From Acetobacter sp. (lineage in GTDB: Bacteria > Pseudomonadota > Alphaproteobacteria > Acetobacterales > Acetobacteraceae), in assembly GCF_022483985.1 (NCBI RefSeq), contig NZ_JAKVME010000003.1:9442-73441 (forward strand): 64,000 bases of DNA. The letters run 5' to 3'. Shown here in pieces: positions 1 through 11,600 of this stretch. The notes under the pieces are model-generated. The model had not been told where the DNA came from and did not search any database. It saw nothing but the letters and a program-made list of their open reading frames with translations. Every line of letters begins with the position of its first letter. Position 1 is the stretch's first letter. The position numbers were made by a program, and so were the translations under genes.

Positions 1-458
1 AACGCTACGGCGTGGTCAGCTTCGATGAGACCGGCAAGGCTCTCACGGTTGAGGAAAAACCGGCTGAGCCGGCTTCCAACTGGGCCATCACCGGCCTCTA
101 TTTCTACGATGACCGTGTGTATGACTTCGCCCGCAAGGTGAAGCCTTCCGCGCGCGGCGAACTGGAAATCACCGACCTCAACCGTTTCTACCTTGAGGAA
201 GGCACATTGCAGGTCGATCGTCTGGGTCGTGGCTGCGCGTGGCTGGACGCCGGACTGCCGGAAAGCCTCATGCAGGCCGGTCAGTTCGTCCACACGATTC
301 AGGCGCGTCAGGGCATGCTCGTCGGCTCGCCGGGAGAAGTGGCCTTCCGCATGGGTTATATCACTGCGGACCAGCTTCGGGATCACGCCGCGAAGATGGG
401 CAAGACCGAACTTGGTCGTGTGCTGAAAGAACTGGCCGACCACGGCCAGCAGGGCTGA
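1..458 (+). CDS. rfbA: glucose-1-phosphate thymidylyltransferase, C-terminal part (5' end lies outside the window)
   Basis: The frame is open from the window edge (..RYGVVSFDETGKA..). It has RmlA-type C-terminal sequence (ELEITDLNRFYLEEG, LGRGCAWLDAG) and is followed by rfbC and rfbD. Confidence 0.9.
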   Translation, partial: RYGVVSFDETGKALTVEEKPAEPASNWAITGLYFYDDRVYDFARKVKPSARGELEITDLNRFYLEEGTLQVDRLGRGCAWLDAGLPESLMQAGQFVHTIQARQGMLVGSPGEVAFRMGYITADQLRDHAAKMGKTELGRVLKELADHGQQG

Positions 459-570
459 ACACCCCGTCTCCCCCTTGCCCGACCGACGGACAGGGGGGAA
501 AGTTCACCAGTACGGCACCGCGATTGTTGCAAAAGGGCCGTCATGGCCCGTTTTTTATGGAGTAGAGTCT

Positions 571-1131
571 ATGAAGGTCGAGCGTCTGGCTATTCCCGAC
601 GTCATTCTCGTCACCCCGCCGCGATTCTCCGACAATCGTGGGTTCTTCTCCGAAACCTACAATATCGACCGTATGAAGGACGCCGGGATCACCCTCCCCT
701 TCGTGCAGGACAACCAGAGCCTGTCCCGTCAGAAAGGCGTGGTCCGTGGCCTGCACTGCCAGCTCGATCCGCATGCACAGGGCAAGCTCGTGCGCTGCAC
801 CAAGGGCGCGATCTGGGATGTCGCCATCGACGCCCGCACAGGCTCCCCGACCTACGGCAAGTGGGTAGCGGCTGAGCTGTCCGAGGAAAACTGGTCGCAA
901 CTCTGGATTCCGCCGGGCTTCCTGCACGGCTTCTGCACTCTCACGGACAATGCCGAGGTGCAGTACAAATGCACCGGCCTGTATGACAAGGCGTCCGAAC
1001 GTGCAGTGATCTGGAACAGCACGGAACTGGCGATCGACTGGCCGATCAAGCCGGAAGAGGCCGTGCTGTCCGACAAGGATCTGGAAGCGCCTGAGTTTTC
1101 CGCAGCCAAGGGATGGTTCGAATACAAATGA
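571..1131 (+). CDS. rfbC: dTDP-4-dehydrorhamnose 3,5-epimerase
   Basis: ATG at 571 (MKVERLAIPDVILVTP..). Contains RmlC motifs FSDNRGFFSETY and RGLHCQ. I used the internal start of ORF 475..1131. Confidence 0.9.
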   Translation: MKVERLAIPDVILVTPPRFSDNRGFFSETYNIDRMKDAGITLPFVQDNQSLSRQKGVVRGLHCQLDPHAQGKLVRCTKGAIWDVAIDARTGSPTYGKWVAAELSEENWSQLWIPPGFLHGFCTLTDNAEVQYKCTGLYDKASERAVIWNSTELAIDWPIKPEEAVLSDKDLEAPEFSAAKGWFEYK

Positions 1132-2033
1132 CCGACAGTTCCAGCAAAGGTCCGATCCTCGTCACTGGCGGCAACGGACAGCTCGCCACGTCTCTGGCCA
1201 ATCTTGGCGCCCCGCGCATTGATCGCGTGGGGCGTCCCGAGTTCGATTTCGCCAGGCCGGAAACCATCGAAGCCGTGCTTGACGCGCACAGGCCCGTCGC
1301 CGTGGTGAACGCTGCCGCATGGACGGCCGTCGATCTCGCGGAGACGGAAGTCGCGGGTGCGGAAGCGGCCAACAGCACCGGCCCGGCCCTGCTGGCTGCC
1401 GCCTGCGCCAGACGCAACATCCCCTTCATTCATGTCTCCACGGACTATGTGTTTTCCGGTGACAAGGGCGCTCCCTATCTGGAGAGTGACCCGGTTTCCC
1501 CCGACACCGTCTATGGCCGCACGAAGGCCGAGGGTGAGCAGAAGGTTCTGGCGGCTGACCCGAAGGCCATCATCCTACGCACCTCATGGGTTTATTCCGC
1601 GCACGGCAAGAATTTCGTCCGCACGATGATCAATGCCGGTGCGAAGAACCCGGCCCTGAAGGTTGTGGGCGACCAGCGAGGCAATCCGACCAGTTCGGAC
1701 GATCTGGCCGAGGCGATTCTCTCCATCCTCGCGCTGATCGAGCGTGACGGCTGGGAGGATCAGTATGCGGGCATCTACCATGCCTGCGGCACAGGAGAGG
1801 CGACATGGCATGAGCTGGCTGTCGCGGCGCTGGAAAACGCGGCGCGTCATGGTCAGAAAATGCCGGAAGTCGCAGCCATCCGCACCGAAGACTGGCCGAC
1901 ACCAGCCAAGCGCCCGGCTGATTCGCGCATGGACAACAGCAAGCTGAACGACGTGTTCGGCGTGAAGATGCCGGACTGGCGTCAGAGCGTAACGCGTACA
2001 GTCGATATGCTGTTTTCCGGCAAGACGGACTGA
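1128..2033 (+). CDS. rfbD: dTDP-4-dehydrorhamnose reductase
   Basis: ATG at 1128 overlaps the rfbC stop (ATGA). Has a Rossmann motif ILVTGGNGQL, STDYVF and the YGRTK catalytic motif. Confidence 0.9.
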   Translation: MTDSSSKGPILVTGGNGQLATSLANLGAPRIDRVGRPEFDFARPETIEAVLDAHRPVAVVNAAAWTAVDLAETEVAGAEAANSTGPALLAAACARRNIPFIHVSTDYVFSGDKGAPYLESDPVSPDTVYGRTKAEGEQKVLAADPKAIILRTSWVYSAHGKNFVRTMINAGAKNPALKVVGDQRGNPTSSDDLAEAILSILALIERDGWEDQYAGIYHACGTGEATWHELAVAALENAARHGQKMPEVAAIRTEDWPTPAKRPADSRMDNSKLNDVFGVKMPDWRQSVTRTVDMLFSGKTD

Positions 2034-2064
2034 CGGCACGCAGCCGGACAATGGGCGCATCTTC

Positions 2065-3060
2065 ATGAATTCAGGTGACGATGCCTCGTTTCCGGACCGT
2101 GTTCCCCGACTTGTCTCCTCCCGGATGAGAAACGCGTCGTCCGGCGTTACGATCCTGCTATCCGTTCATAACGGCGAAGCCTATCTGAACGCCCAGATCG
2201 ATTCCTTTCTGGCTCAGGATTATACCAACTGGAGATTGATCTGGCGGGATGACGGGTCATCCGATGCGTCCCGCTCTATTGTCCGGGCCTTCGCCGCCCA
2301 TCGTGGCGCCGGACGCTGTCTGGAAATCGACGCAGGGACTTCGGCCTGTCTCGGCATCGCCGAGTCCTACCGCCGCCTCCTCGCGCATGTGCGGCCCGGC
2401 GCCATGGTCGCTTTTTCAGATCAGGACGATGTCTGGCTTCCCGACAAACTCCAACGCGCCGTCACCCGCCTTGGGGACGTTCCGGCGGGAACGCCCGCCC
2501 TTTACTGCGCCCGGCAGGTCCTTACGGACAACACCCTGAAACCCATCGGGCTCTCGCCTGCCCTGACACCGCCAGCAAGCTGCCTTTCGGCCCTGACACA
2601 GAATATCGCAACCGGATGCACGGTCGTTTTCAATGCCGCAACGCTGGCACTGCTTATGGCGACGCAGCCTCCGCCGTCACTCATTCTGCATGACTGGTGG
2701 GCCTATCTGACGGTCTCCGCGGCGGGCGGCACGATCTGCGTCGATAACAGTCCGAGCATCCTTTACCGGCAGCACGGCGCCAACGCGATCGGAGCCGCGC
2801 CATCCAGACTGAACCGGGGTAAGGCCGCGCTCCGCAGAGGACCGACGGCGTTCATGGCGATCTTCCGGTCCAGTCTCGACTGGTTGCTGGCTCACGGCAC
2901 CATCCTTTCGCCTGAGACCATCGACGCTCTTGTCATCATTCGCGATGGCCTGAGAGGCGGTCCGCTGTCACGGATGCGGCTCCTGTGGCGTTTCCCGCAT
3001 CTCGCACGAGCCGGTTTCGCGGAGAACCTGCTGTTCCGTCTCTGGTTTGTCTGCGGATAA
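2065..3060 (+). CDS. family 2 glycosyltransferase (rhamnosyltransferase-like)
   Basis: GT2 N-terminal signature VTILLSVHNGEAYLNAQIDSFLAQDY..WRDDGSSD and FSDQDDVW (DxD). It sits next to the rfb genes. An alternative start is at 2125. Confidence 0.75.
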   Translation: MNSGDDASFPDRVPRLVSSRMRNASSGVTILLSVHNGEAYLNAQIDSFLAQDYTNWRLIWRDDGSSDASRSIVRAFAAHRGAGRCLEIDAGTSACLGIAESYRRLLAHVRPGAMVAFSDQDDVWLPDKLQRAVTRLGDVPAGTPALYCARQVLTDNTLKPIGLSPALTPPASCLSALTQNIATGCTVVFNAATLALLMATQPPPSLILHDWWAYLTVSAAGGTICVDNSPSILYRQHGANAIGAAPSRLNRGKAALRRGPTAFMAIFRSSLDWLLAHGTILSPETIDALVIIRDGLRGGPLSRMRLLWRFPHLARAGFAENLLFRLWFVCG

Positions 3061-3316
3061 TATCAGCGGCCTTTTTGCCTGACCTTTTCTGCCGGGGAGA
3101 TTGACAGGGCGCTACCCCGAACCCCGCCAAAGGCGCGCCTTTGGAAACTGTTTTATGATCAATAAATCGGGACGCAGGGACCTCCGATTCCTGCCGGGTG
3201 CGGGCAGAACCGGCTTCGACCTATGTCCTTCCTGTCGCCGACAGGTCGCCTATTTGCCCTTGGTGCCTGTTTTTGCGAGAACACAGGCTGATCGGATCAA
3301 CCAGAGGAGCGCGTCC

Positions 3317-4294
3317 ATGTTTCTGGCCCACAGGAACGGCCAGCCAGCCTGCGCTGTCGTGACTGAGGCGGATGCCAGAGGCGCTGTCTGGCTCGATCTT
3401 GTCGATCCAACAGACTCCGAGCGCGATCTGGCTGCGCATCTGACCGGTAAAATCATTCCGCAGCGCAGCGATCTGGAAGAGATCGAAAGTTCTTCAAGAC
3501 TGCATACGGACGATGACGCCGTCTACATGTCGCTGCCGCTGGTGCGGCGCACGGAGACGGATCTTTATTCTTCTCCCATCGGTTTTGTGCTGACTCCCAA
3601 CTGGCTCGTAACCATCCGGTTTTCCGACTACGCTTCCTTTGACAACGCCGCACGTCAGGTCGCGGAATCCAGAACCGGTCTCAGCAGTGACGACAGTCTG
3701 GTCATGATTCTCGAATGTATCGTGGATCGTCTGGCTGATGTTCTTGAGCATGTGGGACTCAATCTGAATCAGCTCTCCCGTGATGTGTTCGCCGGATACG
3801 ACCCCAAAGGCAACACGAGGCTCGCATCATGGCAACGCACCATCCTGCGGCGGGTGGGACATGCCGAGGATTTCAGTTCGCTGATCCGTGACAGCCTGCT
3901 CGGCCTTGACCGTATCTCGATCTTCATCAGCGAGAACCGCAAGCACACACTTCCGCACGGTCTTGCCGCCCGTCTGGCCACGGTCAGCCGCGATGTCACG
4001 TCCCTGACGGACTTTGTTTCCCAGCTTTCCAACAAGATTCAGTTTCTGCTCGATGCGGCGCTGGGTTTCATCAGCATCGAACAGAATGACGGCATGAAGA
4101 TCCTGACCGTGGTCAGCTTCATCGGTGTCGCCCCGACATTGATCGCCGGCATTTACGGGATGAACTTCAAGGATATTCCCGAGTTATCGTGGTCGTATGG
4201 ATACTGGTATTCCCTGTGCGCCATGCTTGCCTCCGTTATCCTGCCGCTGCTCTGGTTCTGGCGGATCGGCTGGCTCAAGGGAGGCAATCGATAG
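3317..4294 (+). CDS. corA: CorA-family magnesium/cobalt transporter
   Basis: YGMNF (GMN) motif followed by two C-terminal TM helices. ATG at 3317 is preceded by gaggag. The upstream part of ORF 3101.. has no CorA-like sequence. Confidence 0.85.
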   Translation: MFLAHRNGQPACAVVTEADARGAVWLDLVDPTDSERDLAAHLTGKIIPQRSDLEEIESSSRLHTDDDAVYMSLPLVRRTETDLYSSPIGFVLTPNWLVTIRFSDYASFDNAARQVAESRTGLSSDDSLVMILECIVDRLADVLEHVGLNLNQLSRDVFAGYDPKGNTRLASWQRTILRRVGHAEDFSSLIRDSLLGLDRISIFISENRKHTLPHGLAARLATVSRDVTSLTDFVSQLSNKIQFLLDAALGFISIEQNDGMKILTVVSFIGVAPTLIAGIYGMNFKDIPELSWSYGYWYSLCAMLASVILPLLWFWRIGWLKGGNR

Positions 4295-4941
4295 GCCGGA
4301 AACACCGCGTCTACAGTGAGCAGGGGTTTCCGGCCCAACTTCTGTATCGTCGCCAGTGCGCCAGCATTAGCCGTCGGACCGAAAAACCTCGGAAGATCAC
4401 CCCCCCCCTCCCGCCGGATGATGACCGAACCGCAGCGTCTCCGGACCGGTTTTCGTGACACGATGCCCGATCTTCCAAGGGTGAATGCGCCTGACCCGGC
4501 ACTCCCTGCATTCAGCCCGGATCGGCACGTTTCATGGACATATTCTCGCTGCGCGTCCCGCCCTTTCCGAAGTGCTTTACGCTGGATCGCGTCACGCTCC
4601 GTCTGATGCCGGTTTCCCCTGAACATGCTCCTTCCCGACATCTCCGCTGGACAGTATCGGGCGACAAAAACCGGCTTCCGGGTAGCGCTGGTGTCTGTCG
4701 TGTGTGGTCCATGAGCGAACAGCCATGAGCTCGATAAAAATTGCTTGACAGAACAAAAACACGTGTCTACTCGGACAGCACCGCTGGTAAGTCTCTTGCC
4801 GGTGCGTTCCTCAAAATCAGGATTTCGCCCATCGGACGCGATAAACATCGTGATGCTCCGGGGCTGTGCCGAATGATGGCCAGTCTGCGAAAACCTTGAC
4901 CCTTTCCGGTATTCTGCCTGCCACATCAAGGCGCACTCTGC

Positions 4942-6237
4942 ATGCATCTCGCTGAACTGAAGGCCAAGTCTGCGGCCGATCTTCTCTCCTATGCCGAGGA
5001 ACTCGGCGTGGAGAACGCCTCCTCGCTTCGCAAGCAGGAGCTCCTTTTCGCCATTCTCAAGACGCTGGCCGACAATGACCAAGCGATTTACGGCGACGGC
5101 ACCCTTGAAATCCTGCCGGACGGCTTTGGCTATCTCCGCTCTCCGGAAGCCAACTACCTTTCCGGGCCGGATGACATCTACATCTCTCCGCTTCAGGTGC
5201 GCCGCTTCGGCCTGCGCACAGGCGATACGGTCGAAGGCCAGATCCGCGCCCCGCGCGACGGCGAGCGTTACTTCTCGCTGCTGAAGGTCAACACGATCAA
5301 TTTCGAGCCGCCCGAAGCGGTCCGTCATCGCATCAACTTCGACAACCTCACGCCGCTCTATCCGGAGCGTCGCCTGCAGATGGAAGTCGAAGGACAGGGC
5401 GAAGTCGAGCCAGCGCCGACCAAGGGCAAGAAGGGCACGCAACGCGACTTCACGTCCCGCGTCATCGACCTTGTCGCGCCGATCGGCATGGGCCAGCGCG
5501 CGCTGATCGTCGCGCCGCCGCGCACCGGCAAAACCGTGATGCTCCAGAGCATCGCCAGTTCGATCTCAGCCAATCATCCGGAAGTCTTCCTGATCGTCCT
5601 GCTGATTGACGAACGTCCGGAAGAAGTCACCGACATGGCCCGCTCCGTGCGTGGTGAAGTCGTGGCCTCGACCTTCGATGAACCCGCACAGCGTCACGTG
5701 CAGGTCACGGAAATGGTGCTGGAGAAGGCCAAGCGTCTCGTCGAGCACAAGCGCGACGTGGTCATCCTGCTCGACTCGATCACCCGTCTGGCCCGAGCCT
5801 ACAACACCGTCGTTCCTTCATCGGGCAAGGTGCTGACCGGTGGTGTGGACGCCAATGCGCTCCAGCGTCCGAAGCGTTTCTTCGGTGCGGCCCGTAACAT
5901 TGAGGAAGGCGGCTCGCTGACGATCATCGCGACCGCGCTGATCGACACCGGTTCGCGTATGGACGAAGTCATCTTCGAAGAGTTCAAGGGCACGGGTAAC
6001 TCCGAACTCATCCTTGACCGCAAACTGGCTGACAAGCGCGTCTTCCCGGCGATCGACATCACCAAGAGCGGCACGCGTAAGGAAGAGATGCTGGTCGATC
6101 GCGCCACGCTCTCGAAAATGTGGGTGCTGCGTCGTATCCTCGCGCCGATGGGCACGATGGACGCCATGGAGTTCCTGCTCGACAAGCTGAAATACAGCAA
6201 GTCGAACAATGACTTCTTTGAAGCGATGAATAACTGA
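4942..6237 (+). CDS. rho: transcription termination factor Rho
   Basis: [25 protein letters not shown].. N-terminal domain, Walker A APPRTGKT, and the conserved C-terminus [14 protein letters not shown]. 431 aa. Confidence 0.97.
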   Translation: MHLAELKAKSAADLLSYAEELGVENASSLRKQELLFAILKTLADNDQAIYGDGTLEILPDGFGYLRSPEANYLSGPDDIYISPLQVRRFGLRTGDTVEGQIRAPRDGERYFSLLKVNTINFEPPEAVRHRINFDNLTPLYPERRLQMEVEGQGEVEPAPTKGKKGTQRDFTSRVIDLVAPIGMGQRALIVAPPRTGKTVMLQSIASSISANHPEVFLIVLLIDERPEEVTDMARSVRGEVVASTFDEPAQRHVQVTEMVLEKAKRLVEHKRDVVILLDSITRLARAYNTVVPSSGKVLTGGVDANALQRPKRFFGAARNIEEGGSLTIIATALIDTGSRMDEVIFEEFKGTGNSELILDRKLADKRVFPAIDITKSGTRKEEMLVDRATLSKMWVLRRILAPMGTMDAMEFLLDKLKYSKSNNDFFEAMNN

Positions 6238-6270
6238 TTTTTCAGCGCCTGATGGACTGATACCTGAAAT

Positions 6271-6296
6271 GCCGTCTCCCTGAGACGGCATTTTTT
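6271..6296 (+). terminator. intrinsic terminator downstream of rho
   Basis: Stem gccgtctc (6271-6278) pairs with gagacggc (6282-6289) around a 3-nt loop, followed by attttttgt. Confidence 0.8.
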
Positions 6297-7046
6297 GTGT
6301 CTGTATCTTTTGATGGAATGAAGCCTGTATCCGGAAAAGCACTGGCTCTTTAGCCATCCATTTCAACAGGTCTGGATCAGGGGAGATGTGCTGCGTTGTG
6401 AGATTCGCGACTCGGTCTTGAACGTTCCTGTTAATATTTACGAAGCATATCCGTGTTTTTTGCCATTTCCGACTGGAGCCGGTCCAGCTTAAATGGGCGC
6501 TTCGTTTCTTTCAAAAATCATGCTGGAAATAAACAGCCGTCCGGTTATTTCGGTAGAGGTTCATCGGTAATATGCGTGCGACATGTTGTCGGCGCATTTT
6601 TTGAAATACCGAGGTATTTTAGTGCTGTCATATAGATACGGACACACATCCCATCGACAGGATTATCTCCAAAACAATACCTTGATTACGAAAGCGGTCA
6701 ATCTTTACCTTCCTTCCACTTCGCGAGATGGATGCGCTTGACGAAATACGATCATGCCTACAGACTTCGGACATAAGGCAATGGATTCTGCCTGATCTTT
6801 TCGAAGGTCGAACTGCCTGCAAAGGCTGATGATTCCTACCCCCGCTATAGAAGCATGGAGGAGGAGTCTGTTCAGAATCATAGGTCTTTTCTGGAAATCA
6901 TCACGTTGAATCGCTGCCTGAACCGGCAGCCCGCAACCATTTCCCGGACTCTGAAAAGATCCAGATTCCAACTGATTTTTTGTTTTGTCCGTAAGATGGA
7001 TGGTCAGGTTTTCAGGTAATGACAACCTTATCTGGGGAAAGTAGTC

Positions 7047-7865
7047 ATGCGTATTCTCGTCATTCTCGACCGTCCTGAGACAGCGCTCCTTACGCTGGAA
7101 ACGGTTGGCCTTCTTATAAAAAAAATCCCTGACTGTGCTATCAAGATCCTTCATCCACGTCTGGCTGCCGATCCAAAATTCCAGTCACCGGACGAAGGCA
7201 TCCCCAGCGCCGATGACACGACACACTTTGAAAATGAAATGGCTGCTCGATCTGCTGCGCTGCTCAGAGTCTTCAAAGAATGGCGTGCGATTTCATCCCC
7301 ATTGGAAAAAGCTGAATGGTCTGAAATCTCAGGGATTCCACGTGCGATCGTCGCCGAACAGGCCGCAATGGCCGACCTGACGGTTCTGGGACGCCCGCTT
7401 TCTGATGATCCTGATTATGTCAGGCAGGCCTTTGACGGCGCCCTGTATGACGCGCAAGCAACGGTTCTCATTACACCTCTCCAGCGGAAGCAGACTGTGG
7501 CAACCCGTCCGGTGATTGCCTGGCATCCGTCAGCCAGTCTGGAGCAGCTTGTCATCGAGGCGCATCCGCTGCTGAAGCAGGCTGCCCACGTCACGGTCCT
7601 TATTGGCGAAGAGCGGGAGAATGAAGAACAAACGCCCGATATCGTCCACGAGCTTCGTTCCGGGAATATTCCTGTTTGCGTAGAACGTTTTATCATTCCC
7701 CCTTCCGGTGCTGGAGAGGAAATCAGAAAACGTGCGCTCGCCGCAGGCGGCGACCTGCTGGTCATGGGAGCCTATACCCACTCGCATTTTCTCGAATGGC
7801 TTTTCGGCGGTGCAACGCAGGATATCCTCGCACACGACACGCTTCCCATTCTCACACATCACTGA
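7047..7865 (+). CDS. universal stress protein (tandem Usp domains)
   Basis: MRILVILD.. start. C-terminal Usp signature DLLVMGAYTHSHFLEWLFGGATQDIL. The 272-aa length fits two Usp domains. Confidence 0.8.
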   Translation: MRILVILDRPETALLTLETVGLLIKKIPDCAIKILHPRLAADPKFQSPDEGIPSADDTTHFENEMAARSAALLRVFKEWRAISSPLEKAEWSEISGIPRAIVAEQAAMADLTVLGRPLSDDPDYVRQAFDGALYDAQATVLITPLQRKQTVATRPVIAWHPSASLEQLVIEAHPLLKQAAHVTVLIGEERENEEQTPDIVHELRSGNIPVCVERFIIPPSGAGEEIRKRALAAGGDLLVMGAYTHSHFLEWLFGGATQDILAHDTLPILTHH

Positions 7866-7883
7866 CCGGAGACAAAACGGGAC

Positions 7884-8297
7884 ATGCCCACAACCATATT
7901 ACCGACGATCCTGATTGCACTGGGCGGCGCTGCCGGAACCCTGCTGCGATACTGGGTCGGCCTCGCAATGACGCGCTGGAGTCAGTCTCTCCCCTGGGGA
8001 ACTATCCTGATCAATGTGACCGGTTCCTTCGCCATCGCCTTTTTTGCCGCGCTGACCGCCGGTGGAGGGCGCCTTCAGGTTTCCGACACGGCGCGGCTGG
8101 TGTTCATGGTCGGCCTTTGTGGGGGATATACAACCTTCTCCTCATTCAGCCTCCAGACTCTGGACCTGCTGCGCAATGGCGCTCCTGAACGGGCGCTCCT
8201 GAATATCGGATTGTCTGTGGCGCTCTGCATGATGTCCGTCTCGGCAGGATATTTTGCCGCACAGGCCCTCAATGCGGCACATCCACCTGCCGGATAG
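7884..8297 (+). CDS. crcB: fluoride ion channel CrcB/FluC
   Basis: GGAAGTLLRY, WGTILINVTGSFAI and GLCGGYTTFSSFS motifs in a four-TM small protein. Confidence 0.9.
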   Translation: MPTTILPTILIALGGAAGTLLRYWVGLAMTRWSQSLPWGTILINVTGSFAIAFFAALTAGGGRLQVSDTARLVFMVGLCGGYTTFSSFSLQTLDLLRNGAPERALLNIGLSVALCMMSVSAGYFAAQALNAAHPPAG

Positions 8298-8617
8298 GGA
8301 CGAGCATTTTCGCTCATGCGTCGTTGAGCCGGTGATTTCTGCCACAGCAGGACCAGAGGGACACACGCCTTCACCTGAATCAAACCTGCGAGCCGGAAAA
8401 ACGATTCCCCCCTGAAATCAGAGCAGATTCATCAATCCTTGTCGGAGAGCTGACAGGAGGAACGGACGTCCTCACGATACGTTTGAGGGGAGAGGGAGAA
8501 GCTTTTATGAACGACGTTCAAAAATATATTGCCAACAGGGTGCGGGTGCGCTATCAAAATTGAACATCGTTCATTAACTAGACCCACACCAGAGCAACCC
8601 TTCTCCGGAGCCGGTAT

Positions 8618-11600
8618 ATGACCGCTTCTCTTCTGACACAGCGCCGCTTTCTTCCGCTGTTCATCAGCCTGTTCGCCTCCTCGCTCGGAGATACGCTTCT
8701 GCGTAATGCTCTGGCCGCACTGGTTCTCTGGACAGTCTCAAACGGAGCGCCGTGGATCGTGGCGTTTGCAGCCGCTGCATTTGTTCTCCCCGCTGCTTTC
8801 CTATCCGGTCTCGGAGGAGAACTTGCGGACCGGATGGACAAGTCCCGGCTGATCCGCATTCTGAAACTGATTGAAATCCCCATCGCCTTTCTGGCGGCAG
8901 CCGGGCTGATGACCGAGAACGTTCCTCTCGTCCTCGGCGCTCTGGCAGCATTCGGGGTGGTCGCATCACTCTTTGCGCCCGTAAAATACGGTATCCTTCC
9001 AGATCATATCGAAGCCGAGCGTCTGCCCGTCGCCAATGCGCTGGTTGAAGGCGCGGTCTTTGCCGCCATCCTGATCGGTTCCGTGGTCGGCACGGTGCTG
9101 ACCGGAAAGATCGGAGCGACCGAGGCAGGTGTCTGCATCGTCGGACTGGCCTGTCTTTCGTGGCTGAGCGCACGGACTATTCCCGCGTCTCCTGCGGCAG
9201 CTCCTGAACTGCGTGTACAGTGGAATATCCTGACCTCCGGCCTCACCCTGCTGCGCGAACTGCGCGCCGACCGACGCTCATGGTATGCGGCGCTGGTCGC
9301 CGCATGGTTCTGGATCATGGGCGTGACCATGCTGTCGCTTCTGTCTCCCGTGACGCGCGATGTGCTGAAGCTGACACCGACATGGAATGCGGTCTTTCTC
9401 GCGCTCTTTGCTGTCGGGATCGCCACGGGTTCCGCTCTTGCGGCCTTCCTGTGCGGTGGTCGCGCCATCCTGCTGCCGGTTTCATTCGGCGCCTCTCTCT
9501 CAGGACTGGCGATGGTCGCTCTGGGATTTTTCCTGCTACACCCAGAAAGTCTTCCGTTTGTTATCGTGCCTGTCTGTTTCTTTGTGGCTGCTTTAGGAGG
9601 AGGGTTGATCGCCGTACCAACCCAGGCCGCCATCCAGACATGGGCCAATCCCCAGCACCGCGCCCGTGTGGTGGCGGGCATGAACATGCTGGCCGCTATC
9701 GGCATGACGATCGCCAGCCTGCTGCTGTCCTTTACCCAGCGTATTGATGGTGAATCCGCCGCGCACGGCAGCGAAATCATGCCGTTCTTCGTGATCGGTG
9801 TGATCACATTGCTGCTGGTGCCTGTTTTCGCCCGGACCCTGACACGGAATCAGGTGGGCGAGCTGCTCTGGTGTCTCTTTCGCGTCGCTTATCGGGTGGA
9901 AGTGCAAGGAGAGGAACATTACCCCCTCTCCGGTGAGAAGGCCGTGATTACGCCTAACCATGTCAGTTGGCTCGATGCGGCGCTGATCGTCGCTATTGCG
10001 CCGTGCAAGCCAACCTTTGCCATCGACCTGAACATTTCCAGACTGTGGTGGGTCAGGACGCTCCTGCGCTTCGTGCCAACGGTTGCCGTTGAAAGTGGAA
10101 ATCCTTTTGGAATCCGCACTATGGCGCAGGTCGTGGAAGATGGCGCTGCACTGGTCATCTTTCCAGAGGGACGCATTACCGTCACCGGCTCGTTGATGGG
10201 TATTCAGAGCGGCGCTGCCTCGATCGCGGATCGCGCCGATGCTCCGGTTGTCGCCATGCGGATTCAGGGTGCCGAACGCTCCAGCTTCAGTCGCCTCACG
10301 CGTGCGCAGACTCCGAAAGCCCTGTTTCCCAAAATCCGCGTGACGCTTTTTCCTCCCCGTAAACTTGCTGTTGCAGATGATCTCTTTGGCCGGGCACGTC
10401 GTCATGCCCTGACCGCAAGCCTGCGCGATATGATGGAAGAGGCCGTTTATCTGACGACACCTTCTGACGGCACAATTCTGCAGGCGGCCGGTCGTGCGGC
10501 CCGGACGTATGGCATGAAGCGTGTTGCTATTGAAGACCCGATTTCAGGTGCGATGACGTGGAGAAAACTGCTTACAGCGTCGGAAGTTCTCGGTGAGGCG
10601 CTTTCCGGTCGGCTTGATCCCGCCCATCCGGTCGGGCTGCTGTTACCGACATCCAACGCGACGGCTGTCTGCCTGTTTGGCCTGTGGTCACGTGGTTTCA
10701 CACCGGCCCTGCTGAATGCGACCGCTGGTGCGGCGGGTTTGCGAGCGGCCCTGCTGTCGGCGGGAATCACCACGATCGTCACCTCCCGTGCGTTCGTTGA
10801 AAAAGCCCGGCTTGGAGCCGTTCTTGAAGCACTCGACCCGATGCCTGACATCCTGTTTCTGGAAGACGTGCGGAAATCAATCGGGCTGGCGCAGAAACTG
10901 CGTGGCGCCTTACGGGCCAGATTTGCTCCCGCGAAGGCTCATGTCCGGCGTGAAGCGCATGATCCGGCCGTAGTTCTTTTTACCTCCGGTTCCTCGGGCA
11001 CACCGAAAGGTGTCGTGCTGACCCATCGCAACATTCTCGCAAACATCGCGCAGGTGACAGGACGGATCGGTTTCAGTCCGGCGGATCGCGTGCTTTGCAC
11101 ACTGCCTCTCTTCCATGCGTTCGGGCTGACCGGAAGTTTCCTGCTGCCGCTTCTGTCAGGCATCCCGACCTTCCTCTATCCCTCGCCGCTGCATTACGCC
11201 GTTATTCCAAAGATCGCCTATTTCTGGAACGCCACTGTGCTTTTCGGCACGTCAACCTTTCTCAGGGGCTATGCGCGCAAGGCGGCTCCGACTGATTTCC
11301 GCTCTGTCCGACTGGTGGTCGCAGGAGCGGAACGTGTGCAGCAGTCTGTGCGGGAACTCTGGATGGAACAGTTCGGCCTACGCATTTTCGAAGGCTACGG
11401 TGTGACGGAATGTTCTCCTGTCGTCGCGCTGAACACTCCGGATTCCAGTCGTTCAGGCACGGTGGGACGGCTGGTGCCGGGGATGACGGCGATGCTGGAG
11501 ACTGTGGACGGTATGCCCGATGCCGGACGCCTCATTCTCTCGGGGCCGAACGTCATGGCGGGATATCTTCTGACCAGTCAGCCCGGCGTCCTTCAGCCAC

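Noticed and set aside
4153-5442. 429-aa ORF on the minus strand
   Set aside because: It runs antisense across the corA 3' end, the rho leader and the first 500 nt of rho. It has no recognisable motifs and an Arg/Ala/Gly-rich composition typical of antisense frames in high-GC DNA.
6300-7046. AT-rich 750-bp gap after rho, including ORF 6705..7154 (149 aa, minus strand)
   Set aside because: The ORF overlaps the well-supported usp start and has no motif. I found no tRNA-like, riboswitch-like or repeat structure. I treat it as an intergenic/promoter region.
7866-7883. Fluoride riboswitch upstream of crcB
   Set aside because: Only 18 nt separate crcB from the preceding usp gene. I saw nothing resembling the crcB-motif RNA there or upstream of usp (6900-7046).
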